Shown piece after piece: positions 40,711 to 48,730 of a stretch of 64,000 nucleotides of DNA (its first letter is position 1; every line of letters begins with the position of its first letter). Both the position numbers and the translations under genes were made by a program. The stretch spans positions 20,472 to 84,471 of the forward strand of contig CAVVYF010000023.1 of the NCBI GenBank assembly GCA_963752375.1, read 5' to 3'. The notes beneath the pieces are model-generated. The model worked only from the letters and a program-made list of their open reading frames with translations. It did no database searches and had not been told where the DNA came from. Source of the DNA: Terriglobia bacterium. GTDB lineage: Bacteria > Acidobacteriota > Terriglobia > Terriglobales > Acidobacteriaceae.

Positions 40711-40922
40711 TGAATGTGAGTTCGAAGGCGCCTTGGTATAAAACGCGCGTCGTTCCGCCGGCTGCTTCCACCGAAAGACGCACTCCTGAAACTCCAGTAC
40801 TCCCCGCCGGCCTGGCCACTTGCCGTCCACGGATGCGCAATTCTTTGCACAACTGTGACTCAGGCAGCCCCTTTGTGCAGGCGGAAACCTCATTCCATCA
40901 GCTACTTACAGAAACCATCTTT

Positions 40923-40937
40923 TGGCACTAAAACTGC
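40923..40937 (+). promoter_or_regulatory. sigma-54-like -24/-12 element
   Basis: TGGCAC-taaaa-CTGC; GG and GC at the consensus spacing of TGGCAC-N5-TTGC; no annotated gene downstream on this strand. Confidence 0.3.
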
Positions 40938-40947
40938 GATCTGACAG

Positions 40948-41082
40948 GTCAGGCACGCGCGACTCAGCAGTGTTTAAGACCTGCTGGATCCACCGCCAAG
41001 ATTGTCTGGAGAACAGCTTTTCGGGGGAGAGGTTGTTCAACGAGCGCCCCAGGACTTAACCGAGTCCGGGGCGTTTCGTTTT
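40948..41082 (+). ncRNA. candidate small RNA (promoter-to-terminator unit)
   Basis: Bounded by the sigma-54-like element and the terminator at 41045-41082; internal hairpin cagcag-tgtttaagac-ctgctg (40965-40986); no ATG-initiated ORF. Confidence 0.3.
41045..41082 (+). terminator. orphan intrinsic terminator on the plus strand
   Basis: cgcccc(a)ggact-taaccg-agtccggggcg (11 bp with one bulge) followed by TTTCGTTTT. Confidence 0.6.
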
Positions 41083-41101
41083 GTCCAGGTATTTACCTGC
41101 T

Positions 41102-41128
41102 CGAAAACGCTGCGGAGCTGCGCTCCGC
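41102..41128 (-). terminator. hairpin terminator of the minus-strand membrane-protein gene
   Basis: gcggagc-tgc-gctccgc; read on the minus strand it is followed by aGCGTTTTCGA. Confidence 0.4.
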
Positions 41129-41174
41129 CGGACAGCCGAGAGTAGATCGGAGCCCAGAAAAGGGCGAAAGAGGC

Positions 41175-41543
41175 TTAAGGCCGGCGGGCGGGCGCAGGGC
41201 CGGGAGGCAGAATCTCAGGCTCTCCCGGATGAACCTGCTGACGGGTCACAAAGAAGACCGCCGCCGTCCAGGTGGGAAACAGGTCAAAGCCAGGAACCAG
41301 CTCTGCCGCGAGGGTAGGCAGAAAGGCCCAATGCCATCCCAGCAACTGGATAAGAATTACGGCTGCGACGGCGTCGAGTATGGCATCCGCCGGCGACAAA
41401 CCTCCGGCGACAAACAGCGGGAGGGCACCGATCTGAATCGCGTCAACGGCGATTGCCACCAACCAAGCCAGGCGGAGCTCCGGAGACTTGATGGTTTTCA
41501 GATAATCAAACACCCGCATAGGAACCCTTGACCTAGGATACAC
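41175..41543 (-). CDS. small multi-TM membrane protein, hypothetical
   Basis: 122 aa (or start at ATG 41519); LAWLVAIAVDAIQIGALPLFVAGG...AVAAVILIQLLGWHWAFLP...; no family recognised. Confidence 0.5.
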   Translation of the reverse strand: MYPRSRVPMRVFDYLKTIKSPELRLAWLVAIAVDAIQIGALPLFVAGGLSPADAILDAVAAVILIQLLGWHWAFLPTLAAELVPGFDLFPTWTAAVFFVTRQQVHPGEPEILPPGPAPARRP

Positions 41544-41590
41544 CCGGCTGGGCCGACGGAGAGTGGTTGATCCTTGTTCCGGGAGAGTCC

Positions 41591-41715
41591 GCGCAGGCCC
41601 GGATGCCCTCGTCCGGGTGGGCGAGCGCAGCTCGCCTTGAGTTAGGTGCTTGCGCTGTCGGAAAACCAGCCGGGCTTCGCCCGGCTAGGCGGGTGGGGGC
41701 ACCCGCCCCTACGTG
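41591..41715. repeat. double-hairpin unit family (inverse orientation)
   Basis: cccgga-tgccctcg-tccggg and ggcgagc-gca-gctcgcc, then gggtgggggcacccgcccctacgtgg; matches units at 21582-21800. Confidence 0.85.
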
Positions 41716-41728
41716 GTTCTCGCGGGAG

Positions 41729-43822
41729 TCAGTGTTTCGGCTTCGCGGCCGGACTCGCCGGCGTTCCATCCGCCTTGACGTAGTGCGCATACCAGGCCAG
41801 GTAGCGCTCCAGACGGTCCTTGAGATGCGACGGCGCCTTGAATTCGTGATATTCGCCCGGATAGACCACGAGTTCAGTTTCGCGGCCCAGGCTCTTCAGC
41901 GCCTGGTACATCTGCTCGCCGCCCAGGATGGGCACATTCCAGTCAATATCTCCGCCCATGAACAGCGTCGGCGTGGTGACATTCTCAATCTTGTAGAACG
42001 GCGAGACCCGGTCCCATACCGCTCTGTCTTTCCAGGGATATCCCAGCTCGTATTCGTAGTCGCGGATGTAGCGGTCGTGCCCGTACAACGAAGCAAACAG
42101 GGCCGCACCGGCGCCTGAGATGGCGGCCTTGAAGCGGGTGGTCTGCGTGATGATGAAGTCGGTCGAGATGCCGCCGTAGGACCATCCTCCTACGCCCAGC
42201 TTGTCGGGATCGACCAGGCCCTGCGCGATGGCATAATCCACCATCGCCATATCGTCCTGAAAATCCTTGTTACCCCAATCGGCAAAGATGGCTTTGGCGT
42301 AGTCCTGCCCTCGGCCGGTGGAACCGCGCGGGTTCGGAAAGAGAACCACGTAGCCGTTAGCGGCAAAGAGCTGCGCCAAATGCGTGTACTCGGCGTAGTA
42401 AGACCAGACCGGCCCGCCGTGAGGACGCAGAATGGCTGGATATTTCTTTCCCGGCACGTAGTCGAGCGGCTTGTAGAGATAGCCGGAGACGGTGGTTCCA
42501 TCTTTACTCTTGAACTTAACGTATTCGGGCGCGGTGAGTTTGACCTGCGAGATGAATGCGTCGTTGACGTGTGTGATCCGGGTGAGCTTGCCGTCCGGGA
42601 TGGTGAAAATTTCGCTGGGGCGGTCCGGAGTCGTGATCAGCGCCGCCACGTCGCCGGACTTGGCGACGGAATAGGAATACAGCATCAGGCGGCCGGCGAT
42701 GGGCCGGGTGATCTCGCCTCCCGCGGCGGGAACGCGGCATAAGTTCTGCGTGCCGTCATCGTCAGCGATGAAATAAATGAATTTGCCATCGGGCGAGAAG
42801 CGCGGCTCGGTGGACATGCGATCGAGCGCCCGGGTGAGGATTCTGGCCTCGCCGCCGCCGGCGGGCGAGACGCCGATGTGACCGGTGCCGTAGATGAAGA
42901 GCTTGGTATCGGGCTGGGTCTCGTATGCGATCCACTTGCCGTCCGGCGACCAGGCCGGAGATTCCTCGCGCCCGGGGCTGGTCGTGACCTGCGTGGGGTG
43001 CGCGCCTTTGTCGGTATTGTCGGCCGCCACCACCCAGATGTTTGAGTCATAGTTGCGGTCGGGGTCCGGGCCGGTGCGTTTGCTGGTAAACGCCAGAAGT
43101 TTGCCATCGGGCGACCAGGCGGGATGCTCATCGTCGAAGTCGCCGGAGGTGACCTGGGTCAGGGCCTTGCTGGCAATGTCGAAAACGTAAAGATGAGTGC
43201 GGAAGCGCTCCAGATAACCAATCTCATCTTCCTTGAACTGATAGCGGTCAACCACCCACGGCCGTTGAGCTTTGGCCTTCTTGTCCTTGATCTCCTTGCC
43301 CTCGCTCTTCTCCGTGGCTTTTTCTTTGGCTGCGTCCAGGTCCTCCGGGGTCGGATCCTGCAGCATCAGCACCAGCCGTTTGCTGTCCGGCGACCATTCA
43401 AAATTCTTTACGTCCTGAATGGTCTCGGTGAGGCGCTGGGCCTCGCCGCCTTGCCGGTTCAACAGCCACACCTGGGTCTTGCCCTCATCACGCTTGGAGA
43501 GAAACGCGAGAAACTTGCCGTCCGGACTCCAGCGTGGATGCTCGGATGAGACCTCTTCCAGGGTCAGGGGAATGGCATCGCCACCCGCCGCGGGCACCAT
43601 CCAGATCCGCGTCTTGTCTTCGTCATCTTTCAGCGATGAGGTTGAGACCGTGTATGCCACCCACCGGCCGTCGGCGCTGATCTGCGGGTCATCCACCTCC
43701 CGCACCTGAAAGTAATCGTCAACCGTGATGGGGCGAGGCGCTTGCGCGCCCGCGAGGGATGGACAGAAAGACGATAGCAAGACGAGCGCTGCAATGCGCA
43801 GACCGCCTGAGCGAAGCTTCAT
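41729..43822 (-). CDS. S9-family serine peptidase with N-terminal TolB-like beta-propeller
   Basis: Start ATG 43822 (signal peptide MKLRSGGLRIAALVLL). Repeated P.WSPDGK..AF blades; GGWSYGG nucleophile elbow. Confidence 0.9.
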   Translation of the reverse strand: MKLRSGGLRIAALVLLSSFCPSLAGAQAPRPITVDDYFQVREVDDPQISADGRWVAYTVSTSSLKDDEDKTRIWMVPAAGGDAIPLTLEEVSSEHPRWSPDGKFLAFLSKRDEGKTQVWLLNRQGGEAQRLTETIQDVKNFEWSPDSKRLVLMLQDPTPEDLDAAKEKATEKSEGKEIKDKKAKAQRPWVVDRYQFKEDEIGYLERFRTHLYVFDIASKALTQVTSGDFDDEHPAWSPDGKLLAFTSKRTGPDPDRNYDSNIWVVAADNTDKGAHPTQVTTSPGREESPAWSPDGKWIAYETQPDTKLFIYGTGHIGVSPAGGGEARILTRALDRMSTEPRFSPDGKFIYFIADDDGTQNLCRVPAAGGEITRPIAGRLMLYSYSVAKSGDVAALITTPDRPSEIFTIPDGKLTRITHVNDAFISQVKLTAPEYVKFKSKDGTTVSGYLYKPLDYVPGKKYPAILRPHGGPVWSYYAEYTHLAQLFAANGYVVLFPNPRGSTGRGQDYAKAIFADWGNKDFQDDMAMVDYAIAQGLVDPDKLGVGGWSYGGISTDFIITQTTRFKAAISGAGAALFASLYGHDRYIRDYEYELGYPWKDRAVWDRVSPFYKIENVTTPTLFMGGDIDWNVPILGGEQMYQALKSLGRETELVVYPGEYHEFKAPSHLKDRLERYLAWYAHYVKADGTPASPAAKPKH

Positions 43823-44021
43823 CGGTGTGACCCCTGGACATAAAAAGAGAGATAACAAAAAAATCTGCCGGAGTGTAGCACAGAAGAGTTCGTGTGGGCG
43901 CGAGCGTCCTCGCTCGTGCGGCTCAACCGAGAACTACGTGGGGACAGCTGCCCTCAGTAAACGAACTTGTCGAGCTTTGCTCGACCGGGCAGATGAGGAC
44001 ATCTGCCCCTACGCGATTCGT

Positions 44022-45407
44022 TCACGCAATAACCGGGGCGTTGCTGACTCCAGCCGTGCCGAACACACGCCGGTAGCGCTCGATCTCGGACGCCGGCCCC
44101 AGCGCCTTCGCATAATTGTCGGAAAGCTTGACCGCGGGACGGCCATCCACGTCCGTCACCTTGCAGATCAGGCTGGCAGGATCAAATCCTGCGCCGCCGG
44201 CCGGATCGCAGCCGCGAAAATCGTTGGTGAGCAGCGTGCCCCAGCCCGCGCTGAACCGAATCCGCCGGCCTGGTGTCCATTTTCCGCGGTCGCCGAAATC
44301 GGTGGCGCTGCGAAAATCCTTGGGAGTGGTTCCCTTGGCCAGGCTCCCGCCAAAATACGCGTGCAGGCCGAGAATTTCATCCACGTCGAGCGTGTCGGAG
44401 GCAATGATCAACTTGGTGTGCGGATCGCGGCCGCGCCCCTTCAGCCACTGAATATATTCGTCACCCGCGACGTAGGGACTCTTGCTGTCGATGCGCTGGC
44501 CGGTCCAGTCCGCCGTCCACTCCGGCGCATTCTGCAAAAATTGCGTGGTCCCAAAGGTGTCGGGCAGCATGATGAGGAGTTCGCCCTCGTAAGTCCGCTG
44601 CCACATCTCGAGCACATGGTATTGAGAAGCTTTCAGGGCCTGGTCGTCGGACGCGAGTGCGGCCAGGACCATGGGAATTTCGTGCGCGTTGGTCCCAATC
44701 GCCTCCAGATCGTGCTTGTGCGCGAGAAAAGCGTTCGAGGTCCCGGTGAAGGCGCTGCCCAGATTCGATGCCATGGCCTCCACCACGTACTCCTGCCATA
44801 GAAAACTGTGGCGGCGCCGGGTTCCGAAGTCAGCCACGTGCAACTCGGGCACGCCGACCAACTGTTCGATCTTGCCCCACAGCTTGGTTTTTGCCCGGGC
44901 GTAAAGAATGTCCAACCCAAATTCGCTCAGCCTCTTCAGATTCGCCCTGGTCTTCAGTTCGTCGATGACGGCGAGGGCGTAGAGCTCCCACATCGTGGTC
45001 TCGGTCCACAGGCCTTTGAAGCACAGATCGAACTGGCCGTCCTTGACCGACAGCTCATACTCCGACAATCTGAAATCCCGCTCCAGCCAGGCCAGGAACG
45101 CAGGCTCAAAAATTCCGCGTTGGCCGTAAAAAGTGTTACCCGCCAGCCATACCAGTTCCGATTTGCGAAATCGCAGGCGGCGGACGTGCTCCAGCTGCGC
45201 CATCAGTTCCTCGGGCGCAAACATGTCTGCCAGACGCACCGACGTGGTTCGATTCAGCAGCGAGAACGACACCGGAGTTTTGGGATAATGCTTCCAGATA
45301 AACTGCAGCATCAGCAGCTTGTAGAAATCAGTGTCGAGCAGAGATCGCGTGACCGGATCCAGTTCCCAGTTGTGGTTATGCGCCCGCTCCGCGAAATTCA
45401 CAATCAT
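44022..45407 (-). CDS. pncB: nicotinate phosphoribosyltransferase
   Basis: 461 aa; ...SLLDTDFYKLLMLQFIW...ADFGTRRRHS...GTSNAFLA...; canonical PncB. Confidence 0.9.
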   Translation of the reverse strand: MIVNFAERAHNHNWELDPVTRSLLDTDFYKLLMLQFIWKHYPKTPVSFSLLNRTTSVRLADMFAPEELMAQLEHVRRLRFRKSELVWLAGNTFYGQRGIFEPAFLAWLERDFRLSEYELSVKDGQFDLCFKGLWTETTMWELYALAVIDELKTRANLKRLSEFGLDILYARAKTKLWGKIEQLVGVPELHVADFGTRRRHSFLWQEYVVEAMASNLGSAFTGTSNAFLAHKHDLEAIGTNAHEIPMVLAALASDDQALKASQYHVLEMWQRTYEGELLIMLPDTFGTTQFLQNAPEWTADWTGQRIDSKSPYVAGDEYIQWLKGRGRDPHTKLIIASDTLDVDEILGLHAYFGGSLAKGTTPKDFRSATDFGDRGKWTPGRRIRFSAGWGTLLTNDFRGCDPAGGAGFDPASLICKVTDVDGRPAVKLSDNYAKALGPASEIERYRRVFGTAGVSNAPVIA

Positions 45408-45477
45408 CAGGCTTAATCCTCGAAGGTGGAGGCCGGGCGTCCTCGCCCGGCCAGACGGGCGGGACGCCCGTTCTCCA

Positions 45478-47766
45478 TTAATGCGCGTTCTGCAAATCGT
45501 CTGCCGCCTTGTTGATGCCGGCCGCGACGTTCTCGATCACCTGCGCCACCTGAGGAATCTGCGCTTCGGCTTCTTTCCATTTCTTCTCGTCCATGTATTC
45601 GCGGACAGCCGCGATCGGCTTGGCCCCGTAACCCGTGTATGCTCCCGGCGCGTAAATCTGGTTCTTAAACCAGGGACGCTCGGGAAGCCCCTTTTCGTTC
45701 AGGAACAGCCGCGGAACCTTGAGCAAGTCCGCATTCACCAGCTCCAGCGACTGCTCAGACAAGGCGGGCGAACCCTTGGCATGCCAATCCGCCAGCGCCT
45801 TGGAGTAATGCTCTGAACTCTTCTTCAGCAGCTCAATGGCATTCTTCATCGGAGAAAAATTCATGTAGGGGGGAACGATCTCGGCCGGAGGCGACAGCGT
45901 GGGCCGGCGCGGATCGCTTGTCGCGGTAAACACTCCCTCCTGCAACTCCAGGTTGCGTTCGGTAAATTCAGCCTGCTTGTCTTTGAGCAGCTTCTCCAGG
46001 TCGCTCACATATTTCGCGATGGCCTCGGACTGGGGCGAGTAATCCACGGGAATCAGGTCCGCGCCTGCCAGCCTCATCATCGCGCTGCCGGCGGTTTGCG
46101 CCAGGGCGCGTCCGTAGGAGAAATCAGTATCAACAAAGTGGGTGTACCAGTAGAAGTCGTCGTAGATGGAATGATACTGGGTGCCGTCGTCTTCATCGCC
46201 AAACTCAAGGCTCAGGGTGGAGATTCCGGCAAAATCCTGAAATGCTGTGTAATCCGATCCGTCGCCCAGCGCGCGAACCTCAAGATCGCCGCGCTTGCGC
46301 ACGTCGTTGCGCTGCTCCGCGTCCTTCGCATGGGCGATGCCGGCGAGATGCGCCCGTTGAAAGACTGACAGGTGGGTCTCCGGGTCCTGTATATCGCGCG
46401 CCACCCCGCTGATGAAGGTCTCGAGATCCTGCGTGCCGCCGGGGAACAGGAACCCTCTCTCATTGCTGTCGGAATTGATGTACGCGACCGCATGTTGTTT
46501 CAGCTCATCCACGTGAGCTTCCACCCATTCGACCGAACCGAGCAGCCCGGGTTCCTCTCCATCCCACGCGCAGTAGATGATGCTGCGCTTCGGCGTCCAG
46601 CCCTGGCGATGCAGTTCGCCCAGCATGCGCGCTTCCTCGAGCATGGCAGCCTGCCCGGAAATGGGATCGTCGGCGCCGTTCACCCAGGCATCGTGATGAT
46701 TCCCGCGCAGCACCCATTGCCGGCCGCCATCCGAACCGGGCAGCGTGGCAATGACGTCGTAGAGCGGTTTGATGTCCCAGTTCGACTCGACCTTGAGGTG
46801 CACCTGGGCCGGCCCGGGACCGATGTGATAAGTGATGGCCAGCGCCCCGCGCCAGCTCTCCGGAGCCACCGGACCGTGGAGCGCCGAAAGCAGCGGCAGC
46901 GCGTCCCCGTAGGAAATCGGCAGCACGGGAATCTTCGTGATCGTCTTGGCCTCTTTGATGGAGAGGCGCTTGGCGTCGGCGGTCGCGGCCACGCCCGGCG
47001 TCAGGGGATCGCCGGGATAGTCGGTGTCCATCACGCTGCCGCGTTGCACGCCCTCTCGCGGCCGCCATCCCCCGTCGGGATAATCGTCGCCGTGGTAATA
47101 GCCGTCGCCTTCCGGGTCCGAATAAATGATGCAGCCCACGGCTCCGTGTTCGCCGGCGACTTTGGGCTTGATGCCGCGCCAGCCCGAGCCGTAGCGCGCA
47201 ATCACGATCTTGCCCTTGACCGAGATTCCCAGGCGATCGAGTTGATCATAATCTTCGCGATTGCCGTAGTTCACGTACACCAGCGGAGCGGTCACGTCTC
47301 CATCGATCGAATAGGCGTTATAGGTCGGGAGTTGCTCGGCGGTCTGACCGCTGGTGGGATCGACGGTTATTGCCGGCTCCTGCAGCCTGGCTTGGAATTT
47401 TGTCGGCTGCAGCATCTCGACCACGCGTACTTTCGGCGTGGGAAACAGAACGTTGAAGCTCTCGATCTTCGCCTCGAATCCCCATTCTTTGAATTTGGAG
47501 AGAATCCATTCGGCATTGTCTTTGTCGTACGGCGATCCGACGTGGTGGGGCCGGGCGCTCAGGCGCCGCATGGTTTCGCGAATGTTCGCCGGCGAAATGC
47601 CCTCGCGGAACTTCTTCTCCCAATCGCTCTCGACGGATGAGTTTGCCGAACTGTATCCCGTAATCTGGGAGGATGGTGGAACGGAAGTGGCCTGTCCGGG
47701 TGCAGGCTGGGCCGAAGTCAGTTGGGTCAGGGCTAGCATCAAACCGCACATCCACCGAAGTGTCAT
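45478..47766 (-). CDS. M28-family peptidase, glutamate carboxypeptidase II/NAALADase-like (PA plus TfR-like dimerisation domains)
   Basis: 762 aa with a signal peptide; ...LRGNHHDAWVNGADDPISG...CAWDGEEPGLLGSVEW...SDYTAFQDFAGI... Confidence 0.88.
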   Translation of the reverse strand: MTLRWMCGLMLALTQLTSAQPAPGQATSVPPSSQITGYSSANSSVESDWEKKFREGISPANIRETMRRLSARPHHVGSPYDKDNAEWILSKFKEWGFEAKIESFNVLFPTPKVRVVEMLQPTKFQARLQEPAITVDPTSGQTAEQLPTYNAYSIDGDVTAPLVYVNYGNREDYDQLDRLGISVKGKIVIARYGSGWRGIKPKVAGEHGAVGCIIYSDPEGDGYYHGDDYPDGGWRPREGVQRGSVMDTDYPGDPLTPGVAATADAKRLSIKEAKTITKIPVLPISYGDALPLLSALHGPVAPESWRGALAITYHIGPGPAQVHLKVESNWDIKPLYDVIATLPGSDGGRQWVLRGNHHDAWVNGADDPISGQAAMLEEARMLGELHRQGWTPKRSIIYCAWDGEEPGLLGSVEWVEAHVDELKQHAVAYINSDSNERGFLFPGGTQDLETFISGVARDIQDPETHLSVFQRAHLAGIAHAKDAEQRNDVRKRGDLEVRALGDGSDYTAFQDFAGISTLSLEFGDEDDGTQYHSIYDDFYWYTHFVDTDFSYGRALAQTAGSAMMRLAGADLIPVDYSPQSEAIAKYVSDLEKLLKDKQAEFTERNLELQEGVFTATSDPRRPTLSPPAEIVPPYMNFSPMKNAIELLKKSSEHYSKALADWHAKGSPALSEQSLELVNADLLKVPRLFLNEKGLPERPWFKNQIYAPGAYTGYGAKPIAAVREYMDEKKWKEAEAQIPQVAQVIENVAAGINKAADDLQNAH

Positions 47767-47866
47767 CTTTTCCCTCGCGCTAAATGGTAACGGAAATAAC
47801 CGCGCAACGTATCATTCCCGCCGGGTTTTTGTAAACCCACGGTTGATCGATGACCGACCAAATGCA

Positions 47867-47942
47867 TTAACACGAAGGGCACGAAGTGCCACGAAGGAGG
47901 TTCCCGGTTTCCTTCGTGAACCTTCGTGCCCTTGGTGGTTAA
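47867..47942. repeat. CACGAAGG-type inverted repeat (core copy)
   Basis: ttaacacgaagggcacgaagtgccacgaagg ... ccttcgtgaaccttcgtgcccttggtggttaa; lies in a divergent promoter region. Confidence 0.9.
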
Positions 47943-48088
47943 AGGCTTAGGGCAGAGCTCCAGACGGCCGGATCCGATCATGCGGCAGAGCTTAACGGAT
48001 TGCTTAGAATTTCTCGTTTGACACGCTTTCGCAGCTTGCAAAAAATAGTAAGTTGGGAGTTCAATGTAGCGAGAAGAGGAGGCCCGGC

Positions 48089-48730
48089 ATGGATGACCCA
48101 TTGCACAAGATGATGGACGAGACGGCGAAGGGAATCTCGCGGCGCAACTTCATCAAAGGGGTCATCGGCAGCGGCGTGGCGGTGTCCTCGGCGAACTATC
48201 TTTTTCGCGCCTCCACCGTGTTTGGTCAGGCGCCGGACAGCCTGGGGGAAAGACTGATCACGCTCAACGTCAATGGCCAGCCGCGGCGGGTTGACGTCAT
48301 GAAGCAGGAGACGCTGGCCTGGACCCTGCGCTACAAACTGGGCCTCACCGGCACCAAGCTGGGCTGCGACCGCGCCGAGTGCGGGGCCTGCACCGTCCTG
48401 ATCGACGACGTGCCGCATTATTCCTGCTCCGTGCTCACCCACACCGTTCGGAACAAAAAGGTCCAGACCATCGAAGGGCTCGCCAGCGCCGACGGCAAGC
48501 TGCATCCCGTGCAGCAGGGCGTCATCGATGAGCAGGGATTCCAGTGCGCCTTCTGTATGTCCGGCTTCATCATGGCGACCGTCGGATATCTGAAGACCAA
48601 TCCCAATCCCAGCCGGTCGGAACTGGCGCACGGCATTTCCGGAAACCTGTGCCGCTGCCAGGACTACGACAAGATCCTCACCGCCATGATGAAGGGCGCA
48701 GAACACATGAGGAAGGTGAACCATGTCTAG
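48089..48730 (+). CDS. (2Fe-2S)-binding small subunit of a xanthine dehydrogenase-family molybdoenzyme, with Tat signal
   Basis: ATG 48089 after GAGAAGAGGAGG; twin-arginine ISRRNFIKGVIGSGVAVSSA; GCDRAECGACTV and CRCQDY cluster motifs. Confidence 0.9.
   Translation: MDDPLHKMMDETAKGISRRNFIKGVIGSGVAVSSANYLFRASTVFGQAPDSLGERLITLNVNGQPRRVDVMKQETLAWTLRYKLGLTGTKLGCDRAECGACTVLIDDVPHYSCSVLTHTVRNKKVQTIEGLASADGKLHPVQQGVIDEQGFQCAFCMSGFIMATVGYLKTNPNPSRSELAHGISGNLCRCQDYDKILTAMMKGAEHMRKVNHV

Noticed and set aside
40710-40931. 73-aa plus-strand ORF in the large intergenic region
   Set aside because: It starts inside the CGCAAAGG repeat, has Pro/Arg/Thr-rich composition and no RBS.
40941-40970. SRP (4.5S) RNA-like motif caggtcagg...agcag
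   Set aside because: There is no GNRA tetraloop or the conserved symmetric-loop context, and no long closing helix between the 5-prime and 3-prime ends. I kept the region only as a generic sRNA candidate.
40970-41059. 29-codon GTG ORF inside the sRNA candidate
   Set aside because: There is no Shine-Dalgarno sequence and the start is GTG. The stop falls in the terminator loop, and I cannot assess conservation.
43725-44801. 358-aa plus-strand ORF
   Set aside because: It runs antisense through the S9 peptidase start, the intergenic repeats and pncB; no motifs.
46372-47640. 422-aa plus-strand ORF
   Set aside because: Antisense to the M28/NAALADase-like peptidase gene.
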